A program made the position numbers and the translations under genes. The notes beneath the pieces were generated by a model that did not search any database, was not told the origin of the DNA, and was given only the letters and a program-made list of their open reading frames with translations. 64,000 nucleotides of DNA from Pristiophorus japonicus (taxonomy: Eukaryota): assembly GCF_044704955.1 (NCBI RefSeq), contig NC_092002.1, positions 9,858,001 through 9,922,000 of the forward strand, given 5' to 3'. This document shows positions 60,625 through 64,000 of this stretch, one piece after another (position 1 is the first letter of the stretch; the number at the start of each line of letters is the position of its first letter).

Positions 60625-61728
60625 TCAGAGCGTGTTGAGGACGTAGGAGCCGTTGTCCGTGCCGGCCTTGGGCGCCTTGGACACCAGGCTGACGCTGGTG
60701 TGGAACGGCGAGAGGCGGGCGGACGGGAAGCTTCCCGGCCTCCGCCAGCGGCCCAAGTAGCCGCGGAGCCGGAGGCGGAACTTGCGGTGGAGCGAGGCGT
60801 AGATGAAGGGGTTGTAGCACGAGGAGCTCATGGCCACCCAGTGGCAGGAGAGCTGGCTGACGTTGAGATAGCGCACGTCGATGAGGGCAAAGTCCACGTC
60901 CAGGTCCCGGATCAGGTTGAGGATCTGCAGGGGCATCCAGCAGAGGGCGAAGGTCACCACCGAGACCACCAGGAGGGAGAAGGTCTTGCTCTTCCGCCTG
61001 TTCCACCGGGCCTGGTTCCGCTGCACCGCCCCCGGCACGTTCCTCCTCCGGAGGTGGACGGTGATGGCGCAGTAGGAGACGGTGACAGCCGCGAGCGGGA
61101 TCATGTAGGACACGAGGATGACCACGCACGAGTAGGCCAGCCTCTCCTTCTCCAGGCCCCGCCAGAACTCCTCGCAGATGTTCACGTCGCTGCCGGTCTC
61201 CTGGAGTTCCACGTAGCGCACGTAGACGGCGGCAGGGGTGGCCAGGGCCAGAGCCAGCACCCAGATGGCCCCCACAACGAGGCCGCAGCAGCCCAGCGCG
61301 ATCCGCTGGTGGATGGGGTAGACCACCACCACGTAGCGGTCCACCGCGATGGCGGCCAGCGACAGCACCGAGACGTAGACCGTGGCGGACTGCATGAGCG
61401 AGACAAAGTGGCACATGAGCCGCCCGAAGAGCCAGCCCCGCGGCTCGAAGGCGTAGGACAGGGTCGGGGGGACGCAGGTCAGGCACATGAGCAGGTCGGC
61501 GAGCGACAGGTTGCCGATGAAGAAGTTGGTGGCGTTGTGGAGCTTCTTGTCGGCCGCGATGCAGCCGATCAGGAAGACGTTGCCCACGCAGGCCACGGCC
61601 ACCAGGGCGCAGTAGAGCAGGATGAAGAAGCACTTGTACTGCTGGAGCAGGTCAGTTCCCGCAAACCTCACCGGGGAACTGCCGTTGAAGAAGCTGCTGC
61701 TGTTCTTCCTGCTCTCCTCCGTTTCCAT
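60625..61728 (-). CDS. Prolactin-releasing peptide receptor-like class A GPCR, copy B (367 aa)
   Basis: ATG at 61728 (METEES...); the ORF track upstream of it runs into a SINE. Canonical PRLHR motifs CEEFW, RLAYS, LIRDLD, QLSCHWVAMSSSCYNPFIYA; ends ...VLNTL*. Confidence 0.94.
   Translation of the reverse strand: METEESRKNSSSFFNGSSPVRFAGTDLLQQYKCFFILLYCALVAVACVGNVFLIGCIAADKKLHNATNFFIGNLSLADLLMCLTCVPPTLSYAFEPRGWLFGRLMCHFVSLMQSATVYVSVLSLAAIAVDRYVVVVYPIHQRIALGCCGLVVGAIWVLALALATPAAVYVRYVELQETGSDVNICEEFWRGLEKERLAYSCVVILVSYMIPLAAVTVSYCAITVHLRRRNVPGAVQRNQARWNRRKSKTFSLLVVSVVTFALCWMPLQILNLIRDLDVDFALIDVRYLNVSQLSCHWVAMSSSCYNPFIYASLHRKFRLRLRGYLGRWRRPGSFPSARLSPFHTSVSLVSKAPKAGTDNGSYVLNTL
61300..61656 (-). 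repeat. Arm 2 of long-range inverted repeat shared by the two GPCR genes
   Basis: Direct base-by-base comparison; the shadow-frame ORFs 39730+ and 61633- are also identical over this tract. Confidence 0.95.
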
Positions 61729-61799
61729 ACTTCCCTCCTCATGAGCGTTCGGGATTGGCCTTTGGGATAAAACACAGCACTTCATACAGGAACTTGCGA

Positions 61800-62120
61800 T
61801 AAAGAAAGAAAGACTTGCATTTCTATAGCGCCTTTCACGACCACCGGAGGCCTCAAAGCCCTTTACAGCCAATGAAGTACATTTGGAGTGTAGTCACTGT
61901 TGTAATGTGGGAAACACGGCAGCCAATTTGTGCACAGCAAGCTCCCACAAACAGCAATGTGATAATGGCCCAGATAATCTGTTTTTTGTGATGTTGATTG
62001 AGGGATAAATATTGGCCCCAGGACACCGGGGATAACTCCCCTGCTCTTCTTCGAAATAATGCCATGGGATCTTTTACGTCCGCCTGAGAGAGCAGATGGG
62101 ACCTCAGTTTAACGTCTATT
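61800..62120 (-). mobile_element. DeuSINE 3' part immediately upstream of GPCR copy B
   Basis: SINE tail ends about 70 nt upstream of the ATG. Confidence 0.88.
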
Positions 62121-62384
62121 CCAAATGAAGAAAAGAGGAGCTTCTTAATCTCCTTTTCGAACAATAAGGGAGTCAAGGGTGATGGGGAGTGGGCGGGGAA
62201 GTGGAGTTGAGATCAGGATCAGATCAGCCATGATCCCATTGAATGGCGGAGCAGGCTCGAGGGGCCGAATGGCCGACTCCTGCTTCTATTTCTCATGTTC
62301 TTACTAGGCAAAGCTCACACTCACGCCCCAAAGGGTTGTTTTGCCCAGTACCACGCTGGGTGGAGCAACGCACCCACTGAGCTA

Positions 62385-63475
62385 GAAAGAAAGGAAAGAA
62401 CTTGCATTTATATAGCACCTTTCACGGGACCTCAGGGCGTCCCGAGGTGCTTTATAGCCGGTGAAGTACTTTTTGAATAGTCGCTGTTGTAATGTGGGAA
62501 ACGCGGAAGGCAATTTGCGCACAGCAAGCTCCCACAGACAGCGATGAGATGAATGAGCCGTTAGTTGCAAATATTGAGAGGCACATTGGCCAAGACACCA
62601 GGGGAAAATCTCTCCCTGGAACAGTGCCTTGGGACCTTGAACCTCTGACTGAACAGGTACAAACAGCAACGTGATAATGTTCAGAATTCTTTTTTTTAAA
62701 ATGATGACTGAGGGTTAAATATTGGCCCAGGCTCCTCTTCAAAATAGTGCCCTGGGATCTTTTCAGTCGCCTGAGAGGGCAGACCGGGCCTCAGTTTATC
62801 GTCTCGTCCAAAAGACGGCACCTCCGACACTGCAGCGCTCCCTCAGCACTGCACTGGGAGGGTCAGCCTGGATTTTGTGCTCAAGTCTCTGGAGTGGGAC
62901 TTGAACCCACAACCTTCTGACTGACCGGATCGGGGAGACGGGGAACTAACGGTTCAGATCTTAAGAAGGTGGACATCCAACGATTAGGCCTTCGTACCTA
63001 GCCCAGCTGCTCAGTGGGCAGCACCCTCGCCCCGGAGTCAGAAGGTTGTGGGTTCAAGTCCCACTCCAGAGACTTGAGCACAAAATCTAGGCTGACACTC
63101 CCAGTGCAGTGCTGACGGAGCGCCGCACTGTCGGAGGTGCCGACTTTTGGACGAGACGTTAAACCGAGGCCCCGTCTGCTCTCTCAGGTGGATGTTAAAG
63201 ATCCCATGGCACTACGTGAAAGATCCCTCGGGCATTATTTTGAAGAAGAACAGGGGAGTTCTCCCCGGTGTCCTGGGGCCAATATTTATCCCTCAGCCAA
63301 CATCGCTAAAAAACAGATTATCTGGTCATTATCAAGTTGCTGTTTGTGGGAACTTGCTGTGCACAAACTGGCTGCCGCGTTTCTTAAATTTTAACAGTGA
63401 CTACACTCCAAAAGTACTTCATTGGCTGAAAAGCGCTTTGAGGTTGTGAAAGGCGCTATATAAATGCACATCTTT
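62385..63475. mobile_element. Head-to-head DeuSINE pair (62385-62925 -, 63005-63475 +)
   Basis: Opposite-strand copies about 80 nt apart. Confidence 0.85.
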
Positions 63476-63769
63476 CTATTGCATTGAAACGCTGCAGGTT
63501 GAGAATGCCATGAAAGTACAACCACATTACTGATGGCCATTCTTAGTTCTAGGGTTTGGAGAACTGCACACACATCTCTTCAATCATGCATTAAAATGCC
63601 CCTTATGCAAGTGTAGGAGTTGCTGTGACCTCCATTATTTTCATCAACAGAACTACGTACTGAAATGATTGGATCGGTGGCTACAGCGATTGCTCCTTCT
63701 AACCCGCTTTTCTCCTCTCCTGAAGTCGCTAACTCACACAGAGCGAATGTTTCAAGGAGGTGATCCAAG

Positions 63770-63952
63770 TGGCTATTGTTCAGTGTGTGAGCTGTCAACG
63801 GCTCTTTAACCATGGAAGGCATCACAGTTGAGCCGAATCCTGACCTCACTCAATGTCCACACCGCCGCGCTCTCCAGCCAGGGGCAGGTCACTGGATCGT
63901 GAACAGGAGCAGGAACACTGGCTGATGTTACCCTCCCTAGCCCAGGGAGGGG
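63770..63952 (-). mobile_element. Ancient tRNA-SINE remnant (AmnSINE2-like); further copies near 41230-41490, 48300-48506, 50190-50345, 53245-53355, 59380-60470
   Basis: Recurrent GGCATCACAG..GAGCC..ATCCTG.CCTCAC...GGTCACTGGAT.GTGA.CAGGAGC.GGAAC.CTGGCTGA. Family name is from memory of the consensus. Confidence 0.5.
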
Positions 63953-64000
63953 AGCGGCCCTATGGTTTGAGGGAGGGTGAGGAGGGGGTCCAAAGTCTGT

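Noticed and set aside
60389-61770. 414-aa and 422-aa ORFs overlapping GPCR copy B (and equivalents over copy A)
   Set aside because: Shadow frames caused by very high GC3; no recognizable domains.
61729-61872. 48-aa N-terminal extension of GPCR copy B in the ORF track
   Set aside because: Derived from a SINE tail and intron-like sequence with a non-ATG start; homology with copy A begins at MET(E).

Overview
Vertebrate genomic DNA, almost certainly a shark or other elasmobranch, judged from dense CR1, L2 and RTE LINE 3' fragments and a tRNA-headed Deu-domain SINE. There is one 138-N assembly gap. Three protein-coding genes are supported. (1) A complete 3-exon RhoU/RhoV-subfamily atypical Rho GTPase on the minus strand (242 aa; exons 25292-25082, 11536-11478, 9011-8553) with a TATA promoter. 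(2,3) Two single-coding-exon prolactin-releasing-peptide-receptor-like GPCRs in convergent orientation (39638-40714 +, 61728-60625 -). The receptors share a 334-bp perfectly identical TM1-TM3 tract, while their ligand-facing and C-terminal halves are clearly diverged. This points to localized gene conversion and makes a 21-kb invertible segment possible. Other notable items: Penelope-type minimal hammerhead ribozyme motifs, minisatellites seeded repeatedly at the same site inside SINE and L2 copies, an 880-bp higher-order duplication in a 44-bp array, a solo LTR carrying a nested Tx1 fragment (both with clean TSDs), GC-rich MITEs with 3-bp TSDs, oriented CTCF motifs, an RFX X-box cluster, a 123-nt hairpin and an A-to-G hypermutated tract. 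Most other listed ORFs are repeat-derived or shadow frames. Repeat boundaries are approximate and family names come from recognition, not database searches.
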